Part shown: piece after piece, positions 12,579-22,051 of the stretch
Position numbering within the stretch: position 1 is the first letter of the stretch
Layout of the letters: each line of letters begins with the position of its first letter
Virus record (IMG/VR): IMGVR_UViG_2541047596_000003
Origin: a virus
Taxonomy: Duplodnaviria; Heunggongvirae; Uroviricota; Caudoviricetes
DNA length: 64,000 nt
Reading direction: 5' to 3' (one strand)
The notes under the pieces: model-generated
What the model was told of the DNA's origin: nothing
Databases searched by the model: none
What the model saw: the letters and a program-made list of their open reading frames with translations, nothing else
Program-made: the position numbers and the translations under genes

Positions 12579-12824
12579 ATGAAAAAACTAATTGTTGCTT
12601 GCATCTTATCAGCTCTGTCTTTTGGTGCTTTTGCTTCTGTAAATTCGACAGATAAGAGTGATGCTGGCACTGCTCAATATGGTGATACTGGCCTTGATAA
12701 CCAACGTTCGAGTTATTTCAATACTGACTCATGGAAAGAAAAACAACTACAAGGTAAAATTATTGACAGTGAATGTAATTTACCTATCCATTTTTCTGGT
12801 GTAAATGATGGGTGTAAAAAATAA
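12579..12824 (+). CDS. Small secreted protein, moron (about 82 aa, signal peptide)
   Basis: Opposite strand to tail genes; MKKLIVACILSALSFGAFA signal-like N-terminus; RBS AAGGTGA; followed by terminator. Confidence 0.5.
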   Translation: MKKLIVACILSALSFGAFASVNSTDKSDAGTAQYGDTGLDNQRSSYFNTDSWKEKQLQGKIIDSECNLPIHFSGVNDGCKK

Positions 12825-12834
12825 AAACAATGCA

Positions 12835-12866
12835 TAAAAAAAACGGGGCTTATGCCCCGTTTTTTA
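12835..12866. terminator. Bidirectional rho-independent terminator
   Basis: A-run, CGGGGCTTATGCCCCG hairpin, T-run; sits between convergent J and the moron gene. Confidence 0.65.
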
Positions 12867-15800
12867 TGCTGTCGTTGATGTTCTAAATGATCCGGTGCCT
12901 CTTGCTACTATCATTGTTGGAGAATACAACGCGGTACAATATGCGTATCCTTCAGATGATGATGTTTGAGGACAATATATTTTCCCGATAATATCTGATG
13001 CTTTTAAACCAGAAAAAGCGCATTGCACTGTTAATGTGCATCCACCATAAGGCACGTAATATGAAATTGTTTTGTTTTTATCTCCGCAACTAAACGTTAC
13101 GTTATAAGTGGATCTATATTCACCAGACATTAATGAAATAGTCGCCATAAGCATAACTGATTTCGTCAATGCATTATCCGTGCTGTCTTTATATGTGATG
13201 GTTGCGCTATAACTTCCGTTATGCCCAAGCACTCGATCTGGACCAACCCCCATGTTAGCAACGTCACCGACAAATGATTTTGCCTCTACTGTACCTTTAA
13301 ACTTCCCGCTTGTGGCCTGAATCTCACCAGTGAATTTACCAGATGTTGCGTACACCGTACCGCGTACAGTGACGTTGTTGAACTCCGCATTGCCGTTTTT
13401 ATTTAGCATCCAGCCAGCCGAACCAGCTTTATAGTTGGTTGACTGAATTTGCTGCGCAATCTTCGCGGTAGTGATTGATGCGTCTCTGATCCACGCATCA
13501 CGGATGTAGCAAGCACCGTTAGTAACATAGAACGGGGTCTGATAGGAGCCACCTGCCGCAGTCATAAGCACGAAACGGTCAACGAGGAAAATACACTGCG
13601 ATTGAACGTTAGTCCCGCTACCAGTAAGGCCGAGCGACATTCCTGTAGCGTATTTCATACCGTTTTTATCAGTGGCAATCTTAATTGAATATGACGCATC
13701 AACGTTACCTTTGAAGTCAGTCAGTGCTTTTGATGTCGTTTCTATCGCCGTTGTGTTTCCGTTAATAGTTACTTTCAACTGGTCGATTCTGGTTGACAAT
13801 GCCTCGTCTGCCGTTGCCATAGCCTGTGACCATTCCGTGATGCTTGAGTTTACATCGTCGAAAGATGCCGAGATCTGGCCAAATTTTTCCGCGCTTGATG
13901 TTTCATGCGTAGAAAGTGCAGTTGACACTTCGGATACTTTCGAATTAATCGTACTGGTAAGCGATGAGTTAAGGCTGCTGATTGCGTCAGTGCGTGCATT
14001 CTTCTCATCTGCGATCGCTTTATCCATCCTGGTTACGTTGCTTGTCACCTTGCTATCGAGCGTGGAAATTGACGCATTAACCCCGCTAATAGCTTCTGCG
14101 CGTGCGCTCGCCTCATCTGCGATTGCTTTATCAAGACGGGAAACGCTCGCGTCGGTTTTGCTTTCAAGACTACTGACGCTGGCGTTAACGTTGCTAATAG
14201 CTTCTGCGCGTGCGCTCGCCTCATCTGCGATTGCTGTGTCTACCCTTGCTATTTCCGCTTTTGTTTTTGTTTGTCCTTTCCTGTATTTCGCCTCAATAAC
14301 AGTGCTCATCTTGCTTTGCGCCATTGAGTTATTAATAAGCGCCAGAGATGCGTTTTGCAGACTTGCTTTCGCCTGATCTATCTCGTCGCTGTTTTTATCA
14401 ACCTCACTTTTAACGCCGCCAAGCGTCGCGCTGATACCTGATATCGCCTGAGCACGTGCGCTTGATTCATCAGCGATAGCTTGATCAAGACGGCTAACAC
14501 TGGCATTTGTGTTATTTTCAAGCGTTGTTAAATCAGCTTTAACCACTGTTATTGCGTCGCTTCTTGCCTGCGTTTCATCTGATATTGCATTATCGAGGCG
14601 CTTAACGCTGGCGTCAGTTTTCTTGTCAAGTGTTGAGATACTTGCGTTCACGTCGCTGATAGCCTGAGTACGCGCACTTGTTTCGTCTGCAATTGCCTGA
14701 TCAAGACGGTTTACGCTGGCGTCAGTTTTCTTGTCAAGATTGCTTATTGAGGCATTTACACCGTTAATAGCTTCAGCGCGGGCGCTGGCCTCGTCAGCTA
14801 CTGCGCGTTGCACATTAGAGATCTGACCTTTAAGGTTTGTGTCCATCACATTCATTTCTGCCGTGATGGTTTCCAGTGATTCCGCTGTCGCTTTTTTCTC
14901 TTCAGCGATAACGTTGTCAATGCGGTCAATTTCCGCTTTCGTCTCTGTCCTGCCTTTCTTGTACTGAGCGGTAAGAGTTACGCGAGTGTTAGTCTGTGCA
15001 AGCGAGTTATTAATAAGAGCAAGTGAGGCGTTTTGCAGACTTGCTTTTGCTTGCGCCAGTTCGCTGCCAACTTTTTCGCTAGACACCTCCAGCGAGTCGA
15101 TTCTCGACTCATGCTGTCCAATATCATCGGCGTTTTCCTTAACTTTTTTATAAAGATCTTCCGTTTCTTTTTTGAGCGTATCAGTATCAGCTTTTATTGA
15201 TCCTGTTTCTATGGTTAGGTTGTCAGTTTCAGTCCTTAAATCGTCAGTTATGTTGGTCAGATTATCAGTTGCAGTTTTGAGGTTGTCAGTAGCAGTTTTA
15301 AGGTCATTCGTAGCGCTTTCGATAAGATCAGTGCGGTCGCCTAGATCTTTAATGTCACCAACCATTTCTTTAAATTGTTTGGAATTCATTACGTCTTTGG
15401 TGACGTAATCGGTAATTTCATCAAAGTTTTCTGTTGGCTTACCTGACGCTTCCACAAAGTCAGACACACCAAAAGCGTTACGCGCGCGCACATAAACGTA
15501 ATATGTGTGACCTGTATTCATGCCGCCAAACGTCCACTGATGACCACGCCCGGTATATTGTGCTTTAGTGGTTATTGATGCCGGATCAGTGATCTGCGTT
15601 TCACCTGAGTAATAAAACTCGTAACTGGTATCAGTGGTGAGCGTTGTTCTGCTGATCGGGTAAACTGTAGCCTGGAATACACCGGGAACCCAATTAACGC
15701 CAACTGGGGCCGCTGGTGCGCCAATAACCAGATCGACAATGCTTTCCGCACCCTTCATGCCCGTGTCATTTCTGCCACGAATGCCTAATGAGTAGTTGCC

Positions 15801-17834
15801 AGCATCAATGCCATAAAAATCATAACTGTAATTCGTGGTTTCGTAGCTTTTAACTACAGCGCCTTCGGCGTTATACACGCGAATCTCAAAGGTCAGGCGA
15901 CGCGTTGTCGTCTGTGTTTCCCATGTTGCGCGACATTGAACCGTTTCAGATCCAACGTTTAACACCTTCAGATTTTCAATGTTCGGCACGCGGAAGTGAT
16001 TAAGCGTGTCGTTATTGATCTCGAAGATTGCGCCATTATCGACTACGGCCTGCTTATGTGGATCATGCTGTGCGGCCTCGATGGTGTATACGCTGTTATT
16101 TTCTGTTTCTGCTACACTGGTGATTCGACATAAAACGGGTTTTGCTGCGTTGGTTGATACAGCAAAAACAGTGCCGTTACGAATCCACGCCGGGGCGGCT
16201 GCAAGGGTGATAATGTTCCCGTTAACTCCGATGATCTGGTGTTTTTTAAATTTACCATCGCTATCAAGTAAGCTGATGGTGTCGCCAGCCGCGATATATT
16301 CAGAATCAACCTTGTCGACCGTGATCGCTCTGCCATTGTTCGCCACGATGCGACCGCCTAAACGAGCGCCTGCGCGATTATTATCGAGGATCTCGATTAT
16401 ATCCCCCGGCGTAAAGTGAATGGCGTCACGGGCCATTTTAAATGTGAATTTTGACGGCTCGCGTTTCGCTGTTTCGATCAGCCATTTACCAGCGCGGTGC
16501 GCTTGCCCGCGTGAAGTGCAACCGAACGCCTCCAACGTGGTTTCGTTATAACCATCACGGGCGATTAGTTTATCATCTGCGACATATTCTTTTGATTGCT
16601 CCCAGCCGTTTTCAGGGTCAGTCCAGGATACGATCACGGCGTTGTAGCATTCTGCGCGTGCGATACTTGAACGAGTAAACGCGCCATCAACGACGTTTGC
16701 ATTTGTGATGGTGGCGATTGGATCTTGTGGCGCATCAATCATCACGGTAAGACGTTGTCCGTCCCATAACGCGATACCACGGAACATACCTGCGATGTTA
16801 TCCAGTAGGTCGCGGGCGCTCATTTGCTCCGTAATGTAAGCGTTAAGCGTCATGCGAGGTTCAAGGCCACCATAGCCATCATCAACCAACTGATCGCAGT
16901 ATTGAGAAAGCACGTACAAAGCGCCATCATCAACATCAATGTAACCAGCATGTCGAGCAAGTCCAAAGCGCTCGTTTTTAACCAGATACCGGAAAAGCCA
17001 TGCAGGGTTATTGGTATACGCCTTTTTAAATCCACCAAGCCATAAACCTGAATATGTGCGCGTTTCAGGGTTGTAATTGTCAGGCACATCAACAATCAGG
17101 CCGCGAAGGTGATAGGTGCGGGTAGGCGTATCAGTATACTGATCATGGTCAATTACGGCGCCAGCTACAGCGGTATGAGGATAAGACAGATTATCATCTA
17201 TTATTTCGCTGTAACTACTCCACCGCGTATCATTCCGCAATAGATCGCCGTTGCTGTCTGGTGTTATGCGACGAACGCGAATATCAAACGGTTTTTCATC
17301 CGGCGCTTTAATGATGTGAGCTTCCAGGTATTCACCGCTTTGTTTACCAGGGCCAATGTGTATGTCTTTAATCAGCGACCACGTAGAAGATGATGACGGT
17401 TTAACATCAACCATCAACATGACGGATGTATTATATTGATTGCCCTTTTCATCTGACTGAACGAGAGCATCAACACCAAGATTCAACCTGACGCGGGTAA
17501 CGTTTGGATCTGAAACAGTCCTGATTATTGGTGTGTCGTGAGTTACCTTTGCGTTGACAATAACGGTTGACTCAATGGCGTTAAAACCATTAATCGGCGA
17601 TTGGTCAGCCGTGCCGTTGCGCCAGGCTATACTAATCCCCGGAATTGATGTATTCCCGTTTGCGTCAGTAACAGGAGTGTCATTAAGCATCACGTCATTC
17701 AATGGCGCTTTCTGGTTTACCGGACCGTATATCGGCCCTTCGCTGAGAATATCTAAAACACGATAAAACTGTTTGTGATACAGGTTATCGTTCAATAATG
17801 TTGGTGTTTTGGCTTTGCCGCCGCCGCTACTCAT
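12864..17834 (-). CDS. Host specificity / central tail fibre protein J-like (1656 aa)
   Basis: N-terminal and central regions align with recalled lambda J (e.g. YHLRG..VP.NYNP.TR.YSG.W); long internal coiled-coil repeat insertion. Confidence 0.88.
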   Translation of the reverse strand: MSSGGGKAKTPTLLNDNLYHKQFYRVLDILSEGPIYGPVNQKAPLNDVMLNDTPVTDANGNTSIPGISIAWRNGTADQSPINGFNAIESTVIVNAKVTHDTPIIRTVSDPNVTRVRLNLGVDALVQSDEKGNQYNTSVMLMVDVKPSSSSTWSLIKDIHIGPGKQSGEYLEAHIIKAPDEKPFDIRVRRITPDSNGDLLRNDTRWSSYSEIIDDNLSYPHTAVAGAVIDHDQYTDTPTRTYHLRGLIVDVPDNYNPETRTYSGLWLGGFKKAYTNNPAWLFRYLVKNERFGLARHAGYIDVDDGALYVLSQYCDQLVDDGYGGLEPRMTLNAYITEQMSARDLLDNIAGMFRGIALWDGQRLTVMIDAPQDPIATITNANVVDGAFTRSSIARAECYNAVIVSWTDPENGWEQSKEYVADDKLIARDGYNETTLEAFGCTSRGQAHRAGKWLIETAKREPSKFTFKMARDAIHFTPGDIIEILDNNRAGARLGGRIVANNGRAITVDKVDSEYIAAGDTISLLDSDGKFKKHQIIGVNGNIITLAAAPAWIRNGTVFAVSTNAAKPVLCRITSVAETENNSVYTIEAAQHDPHKQAVVDNGAIFEINNDTLNHFRVPNIENLKVLNVGSETVQCRATWETQTTTRRLTFEIRVYNAEGAVVKSYETTNYSYDFYGIDAGNYSLGIRGRNDTGMKGAESIVDLVIGAPAAPVGVNWVPGVFQATVYPISRTTLTTDTSYEFYYSGETQITDPASITTKAQYTGRGHQWTFGGMNTGHTYYVYVRARNAFGVSDFVEASGKPTENFDEITDYVTKDVMNSKQFKEMVGDIKDLGDRTDLIESATNDLKTATDNLKTATDNLTNITDDLRTETDNLTIETGSIKADTDTLKKETEDLYKKVKENADDIGQHESRIDSLEVSSEKVGSELAQAKASLQNASLALINNSLAQTNTRVTLTAQYKKGRTETKAEIDRIDNVIAEEKKATAESLETITAEMNVMDTNLKGQISNVQRAVADEASARAEAINGVNASISNLDKKTDASVNRLDQAIADETSARTQAISDVNASISTLDKKTDASVKRLDNAISDETQARSDAITVVKADLTTLENNTNASVSRLDQAIADESSARAQAISGISATLGGVKSEVDKNSDEIDQAKASLQNASLALINNSMAQSKMSTVIEAKYRKGQTKTKAEIARVDTAIADEASARAEAISNVNASVSSLESKTDASVSRLDKAIADEASARAEAISGVNASISTLDSKVTSNVTRMDKAIADEKNARTDAISSLNSSLTSTINSKVSEVSTALSTHETSSAEKFGQISASFDDVNSSITEWSQAMATADEALSTRIDQLKVTINGNTTAIETTSKALTDFKGNVDASYSIKIATDKNGMKYATGMSLGLTGSGTNVQSQCIFLVDRFVLMTAAGGSYQTPFYVTNGACYIRDAWIRDASITTAKIAQQIQSTNYKAGSAGWMLNKNGNAEFNNVTVRGTVYATSGKFTGEIQATSGKFKGTVEAKSFVGDVANMGVGPDRVLGHNGSYSATITYKDSTDNALTKSVMLMATISLMSGEYRSTYNVTFSCGDKNKTISYYVPYGGCTLTVQCAFSGLKASDIIGKIYCPQTSSSEGYAYCTALYSPTMIVARGTGSFRTSTTA
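14030..14790. repeat. Tandem in-frame DNA repeats inside J (coiled-coil repeat units)
   Basis: Near-identical about 40-nt cores (AATAGCTTCTGCGCGTGCGCTCGCCTCATCTGCGATTGCT at about 14088 and 14196) with about 108-nt period; protein repeats D.AIADE.SAR..AISGVNASIS.LD. Confidence 0.6.
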
Positions 17835-17847
17835 GGTTTTTCTCCTG

Positions 17848-18378
17848 TTAACTTACAACGTCTAAGGCGTCTCTATTGTTGCTTGTGTCTATGCCTAACG
17901 ATCCGACGTTTGAACCTATTTTCATTTCACCTAATAGTATTGGCACTGGTCTACCCTGGCCCACCTTGTTTTCAATGCTGGTGTAGGTGTTGTTCGTTAT
18001 GGTGTTATCTTGTGCGCTTTCTGCCGATGTTTTTATCTTCATGTTGCGGGACATAAAGATTGAGAACGCAACGCTAACCACCGAAACACCAATCAGGATC
18101 CAGCCTACAACACCAATCCCAGCAATACCGCCTTCAACTACTGGCGCAATAATGACGGTAGTTCCGTCAGGGTATTTACTATTAACCGCTGCCGGGGCCG
18201 TCTTTTCGTTATAATCTTTCCCGGCAATCCGTAACCGCAAAGGTGTATTTAAAAAAGCCTTCTTGAACTCCTGATTCTGCGCGGTCAATAGGCTAAGTCC
18301 TTGTGCTGGCGTATCAACGTTTAAACACACTTTGCCGTAATATCTTCGAAGATTGCCCGTAAATCTAAATTTGAGCAT
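17848..18378 (-). CDS. Tail assembly protein I-like
   Basis: Similarity to recalled lambda gpI (LRIAG..., ...PVLYGEM.VGS motif) and position between K and J. Confidence 0.65.
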   Translation of the reverse strand: MLKFRFTGNLRRYYGKVCLNVDTPAQGLSLLTAQNQEFKKAFLNTPLRLRIAGKDYNEKTAPAAVNSKYPDGTTVIIAPVVEGGIAGIGVVGWILIGVSVVSVAFSIFMSRNMKIKTSAESAQDNTITNNTYTSIENKVGQGRPVPILLGEMKIGSNVGSLGIDTSNNRDALDVVS

Positions 18379-19052
18379 TTGTCAGATCTCCATATTGAAT
18401 GCGTTTGTCGAACATACGCGGGCCGCATTTGCTCGCGGCGGCTTAGCAGTCCGGCATTGTCATGATGCAAAACAGTGTTATCGCCCAGGTAAATCATCGC
18501 GTGACATGGGTCAGCACCCTTGAACGGCTGGCGAATAATCACGTCACCAGGCTGAATGCTTTGCGCATCAACCATGAAAAACCCGTTCAATGGCAGGTTT
18601 TTTATGTACAGGTTTTCCCCACGCAGCCACCACCCATCGTGGCGTTCAAAGTCAGGCAGATCCACGCCGCAAAGGTGATAGGCGTCACGAAAAAGCGAGT
18701 AGCAATCTGTTTTCCCGTGTTCAAATTTACGGCCTAACAGGTGCGCCACCGGGCGGAATTTCCTCACCATGCCACCGGAACATAAAAACCACGGCAGGCC
18801 GGAAATAACCTGCTGTTGTCGATCCCGTGCCGACAATACCGGAATATCTTCAACGTGAGAGTGGAAAACGGCTGTTATAACGCCCAATTCGTCAGCTTTG
18901 ATATAATCGTCAGGCGAGATTTTAAAGCTGTTGTGCGGCGTTTCAGACACGTTAGCGCACGGGTAAAAATAATCGTTATCTATCACCAGCCCGCACACTT
19001 CCTCGCGCGGGTGGGCTGCTGCATAGCGAATCATTTTATCTTCAAGTGCCAT
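18321..19052 (-). CDS. Tail assembly protein K-like (JAB/MPN plus NlpC/P60)
   Basis: HGxxDCYSLFRDAYHL..DF..D.WW motif as in lambda K; start ATG 19052 overlaps L stop. Confidence 0.7.
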   Translation of the reverse strand: MALEDKMIRYAAAHPREEVCGLVIDNDYFYPCANVSETPHNSFKISPDDYIKADELGVITAVFHSHVEDIPVLSARDRQQQVISGLPWFLCSGGMVRKFRPVAHLLGRKFEHGKTDCYSLFRDAYHLCGVDLPDFERHDGWWLRGENLYIKNLPLNGFFMVDAQSIQPGDVIIRQPFKGADPCHAMIYLGDNTVLHHDNAGLLSRREQMRPAYVRQTHSIWRSDKCSNLDLRAIFEDITAKCV

Positions 19053-19054
19053 AA

Positions 19055-19759
19055 TCAACCCACCTTGCTCGATCCTGGGAAACATGAAATTGGTAACGGA
19101 TTCGGGCGCGGGAAACGTAAACGGCAACCGCTCAGGCGGTGGCTGCATTTATCCAGCTTTGGATCGCTGGTCGATTCGTCTTTATCAGTAGCTACAGGGC
19201 CGCCACTGTATCCGCAACCGTCGCCGCGATATTGCCATTGGCAAACGTCAGCAAGGATTGTGCGCCCTGGGATAACCGCCTTGTCAGCATCAATTGGCGT
19301 TGACAGCTCATATTGCACCTGGTCGGCTGTTTCTTCGCTCATCGCCTCAACGACGTAAAAAGACACCGCCTCGATAGACGGATCTGCATCCGGGTTGCCG
19401 TTGGGGAAGTTGATGGCGTCCAGGTATTTTACTTCCACCTGGCGGCGTGTAACTTTCATTCCTCGCAGGTCGTTGAAATCGTTATTCATCCCGGTGATTA
19501 GGCCGCCAATGTTGGCTACAACCATTTGCGGGCGTGAATAGACACCCTCGTTTTTCATTTCGAAGCCAGTGGCCTCGATAGGGTAGCTGTTGTAAGCCAC
19601 CCCCTTCCAGATAACCGGGCCGTAATAGCCATTCACGCCGGAATGGAAGCGGATAACCTCGCCACCCAGGGGCGTGAGGTCTAATTCAAACAAGTCAATT
19701 ACCGCGCCGACTCCGGCATCGACGGAATCAATAATCATTTCTCTCGGAATATTGCGCAT
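19055..19759 (-). CDS. Minor tail protein L-like (234 aa)
   Basis: Strong similarity to recalled lambda L (..VIPGR.ILA..C.W.YRGD.CGYSG.. CxxC region). Confidence 0.8.
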   Translation of the reverse strand: MRNIPREMIIDSVDAGVGAVIDLFELDLTPLGGEVIRFHSGVNGYYGPVIWKGVAYNSYPIEATGFEMKNEGVYSRPQMVVANIGGLITGMNNDFNDLRGMKVTRRQVEVKYLDAINFPNGNPDADPSIEAVSFYVVEAMSEETADQVQYELSTPIDADKAVIPGRTILADVCQWQYRGDGCGYSGGPVATDKDESTSDPKLDKCSHRLSGCRLRFPRPNPLPISCFPGSSKVG

Positions 19760-19888
19760 TTTCTCACCTTGTCATTCTGTGATCTGCGTCACGCTAAATC
19801 ATACCAAAATGGATTGATCGCGGTTTTTACAATATGTATATTTTACTCAAACGGAAGCATAGTTAACAAAATGGCGCGGAGGTGCGTT

Positions 19889-20077
19889 ATGACTGAAAAG
19901 CTATGGAAGTTGACGGTATTCATGACAGACGGTAGGGAAAAGGTTATCGCCCTGTATGACGACGAGGGTGAAGCATTGGTTGACGCGCTTTTACTTGCTG
20001 AGGATGACCGCCTTTTGGGATACCAGATCGAACCTGTCAAATATGAGGCTAACAAAAATGAAAAAATACAGTCTTGA
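19889..20077 (+). CDS. Hypothetical small protein, moron gene 1 (62 aa)
   Basis: ATG 19889 preceded by GGAGGTG; opposite strand to tail operon; paralogous to the next gene. Confidence 0.45.
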   Translation: MTEKLWKLTVFMTDGREKVIALYDDEGEALVDALLLAEDDRLLGYQIEPVKYEANKNEKIQS

Positions 20078-20405
20078 TGTGTGGTTAAGTGGTAGCAAGG
20101 AGTGTTTCGGATTATTTGATAGCGAAGAAGTAGCCCTGGAAGAAGGCAGGATTCTTGAATGTAGTTTAGGCCATCCAGTGAAATATGCTGCTAATCCGGT
20201 ACAGATAGTTGATGAGGTGGAAGATATGAACCCGAAAGATATTAATGGTAGCTTCACTGCTTATTATGCAGATTCTATGGACCAGTCTTGCCCTGGTGAA
20301 ATACACGCAAAAGGTTTCCCGGCTGACGATCCAGAAGCAAAACGCGAATACGAAAAAGCGGCGAAAGATTTCTGTATCGATAACCTTTCAGCATTCGATA
20401 AATAA
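20058..20405 (+). CDS. Hypothetical protein, moron gene 2 (115 aa), paralog of gene 1
   Basis: ATG 20058 with GAGG RBS; shares the ...L.V..(T/S)...E....L.D.E..AL... and PVKY.AN motifs with the upstream gene. Confidence 0.45.
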   Translation: MKKYSLDVWLSGSKECFGLFDSEEVALEEGRILECSLGHPVKYAANPVQIVDEVEDMNPKDINGSFTAYYADSMDQSCPGEIHAKGFPADDPEAKREYEKAAKDFCIDNLSAFDK

Positions 20406-20414
20406 GGCGGCAAC

Positions 20415-20663
20415 ATGGGGCGGCGCAATCACGGTGATTATGTGTACACGTTGAAACAGGCCGCCCGCCTCATCGGTTATCATGAACACGAATTTATTGA
20501 TTTGCTGATTGAGCGCGGGATACTGTACCAGGTCTGTTTAACGCTGTACCCGAAAGCGAAATACCTACATGAAAAGTTATTCATCATCATGACGGATGAA
20601 AACCAGGTTAACCATTCATTCGTCACTGATAAGGGCGTTAATTATCTGCGTGATAACTTATAG
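20415..20663 (+). CDS. Hypothetical protein with HTH-like segment, moron gene 3 (82 aa)
   Basis: ORF immediately after gene 2; YTLKQAARLIGYHEHEFIDLLIERGIL resembles an excisionase/MerR-type HTH. Confidence 0.4.
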   Translation: MGRRNHGDYVYTLKQAARLIGYHEHEFIDLLIERGILYQVCLTLYPKAKYLHEKLFIIMTDENQVNHSFVTDKGVNYLRDNL

Positions 20664-20796
20664 GTGACTGATTATAAAAATAGAAGTTTTGGCGCTAATA
20701 ATAATGGGGTTGATAGTATTTGGCGTTCATGCTGTAGATCTGGACTGGAAAACGATAGCAGAAAATATAGCATTAATGGAAATAGAATAAAAATAA

Positions 20797-20813
20797 CCCC
20801 GCTTCGCGCGGGG
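20797..20813. terminator. Hairpin terminator between M unit and moron cassette
   Basis: CCCCGCTTCGCGCGGGG hairpin flanked by A-run and T-rich tract. Confidence 0.45.
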
Positions 20814-20819
20814 TCGTGT

Positions 20820-21017
20820 TTATACGCCATCAACCAAAAATAAAACCTCCTTCCCTTCCCGGGATCTACACCCAACGTACCCATCACCAACGTCGTGAAG
20901 ATACCATATATCGCCGTTGTCAGCTTTTACAGTAAGGTCGTTGATCTCATAGTCGTCAAACAATGTAAAAGCGTAAGTTTTGTCAACTACACAAGTCCCG
21001 TACATAACAACCCCCAT
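20820..21017 (-). CDS. Hypothetical small protein translationally coupled to M (65 aa)
   Basis: ATG overlaps the M stop codon (TAATG); followed by terminator hairpin. Confidence 0.45.
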   Translation of the reverse strand: MGVVMYGTCVVDKTYAFTLFDDYEINDLTVKADNGDIWYLHDVGDGYVGCRSREGKEVLFLVDGV

Positions 21018-21370
21018 TAGCCAACAACTTGCTCAAACGTTGCGTTTAGCGTGTACAAAGGCCCGTCTTTAGTCATGCTCCATTGCCGACAGACAAAAAG
21101 CCTTTGCACGTTATCCATTGACGGCGACCAGTAAAAAGCCTCGACCGCGCCGCGCGCCCTCAAGAATGCTTCCGCCTGGATTGCTACGTTTCCACCATCA
21201 CCACATCCGGCGCTACTGCCTTTAAACACCAGGGTGTAGCTATCAAGCAATGGATTGATACCTTTTACCTGTCTTTGCTCATAACCATCGCCCAGCTTAA
21301 CAACAGATACGTCTGGCTTCCTGGTCACGCTGTAGCTTCTTTGCGGCGTCCATCTGAACACTTCCGGCAT
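21017..21370 (-). CDS. Minor tail protein M-like (117 aa)
   Basis: Similarity to recalled lambda M (FRW.P.....V...GDGY.QR...G.N; C-terminal FEQVV). Confidence 0.75.
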   Translation of the reverse strand: MPEVFRWTPQRSYSVTRKPDVSVVKLGDGYEQRQVKGINPLLDSYTLVFKGSSAGCGDGGNVAIQAEAFLRARGAVEAFYWSPSMDNVQRLFVCRQWSMTKDGPLYTLNATFEQVVG

Positions 21371-21537
21371 AAAACCCCCACAAGTTACATTTTGTATATA
21401 TCTTTACGCGCTTCTACGCGAAAAATAAGATCATTGTCACAATGATTATAGCTAGTTTACAAAATGGCTTCACATAGCACGCAACAAGATGTATATAGAA
21501 AGCAAGAAGAAAGTAGTACCAACGAAGGAGGCCCAAA

Positions 21538-21693
21538 ATGAAACGCTATGTAGTAGTAATGCTAAATAACGCATTCGAACAAGTGGAAATAGCAATCGTT
21601 AAGGGTTTCGACGACGCATTCAAATACGGTCAATTCATGATGAATGCGAAAGAAGATGAATACCGGGACTTCTTCCTGAAGGCACTTAACTAA
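21538..21693 (+). CDS. Hypothetical small protein, moron (51 aa)
   Basis: ATG at 21538 with AAGGAGG 6 nt upstream; not in the ORF track (under 60 aa). Confidence 0.5.
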   Translation: MKRYVVVMLNNAFEQVEIAIVKGFDDAFKYGQFMMNAKEDEYRDFFLKALN

Positions 21694-21710
21694 GGATGAT
21701 GGGGTGAGTT

Positions 21711-21965
21711 ATGAAACTGGTAGCGATTGACAGAAATCTGAAAGCACAGAAAAACGCACAGGACCGGATCATCAAGAAAGGTAAGGAATTACTTAAAGCC
21801 TTTCTGAGAAAAGAAGTTTACCCCAAAAAGTTACGCGACGGTTACGGATACAAAATGGATATCAATCTTGATTGGAGGCTGTTTAGCGAAGATTTGAAGG
21901 TTTGGTTAATTGTTGAGCACCATGCCTATAACAAGTTATGTGGCGTGAAAGGCACTCATAAGTGA
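21711..21965 (+). CDS. Hypothetical protein, moron (84 aa)
   Basis: ORF 17 nt after the previous gene with GGGGTGAG RBS; followed by terminator. Confidence 0.5.
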   Translation: MKLVAIDRNLKAQKNAQDRIIKKGKELLKAFLRKEVYPKKLRDGYGYKMDINLDWRLFSEDLKVWLIVEHHAYNKLCGVKGTHK

Positions 21966-22026
21966 GTCGAGATATTCGAAAGGGGATATATCGCGCGGAA
22001 TGGTCGTTTATAAATACGAAAAATAA

Positions 22027-22045
22027 CCCCGGCATTGCACCGGGG
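22027..22045. terminator. Bidirectional terminator after tape-measure gene
   Basis: CCCCGGCATTGCACCGGGG hairpin with flanking A/T runs on both strands. Confidence 0.55.
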
Positions 22046-22051
22046 TTTAGT

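Noticed and set aside
13672-14376. 234-aa plus-strand ORF inside the J gene
   Set aside because: Lies antisense within J's tandem coiled-coil repeat region; a repetitive Ala/Ser/Leu-rich translation is the expected artefact of antisense reading of such repeats.
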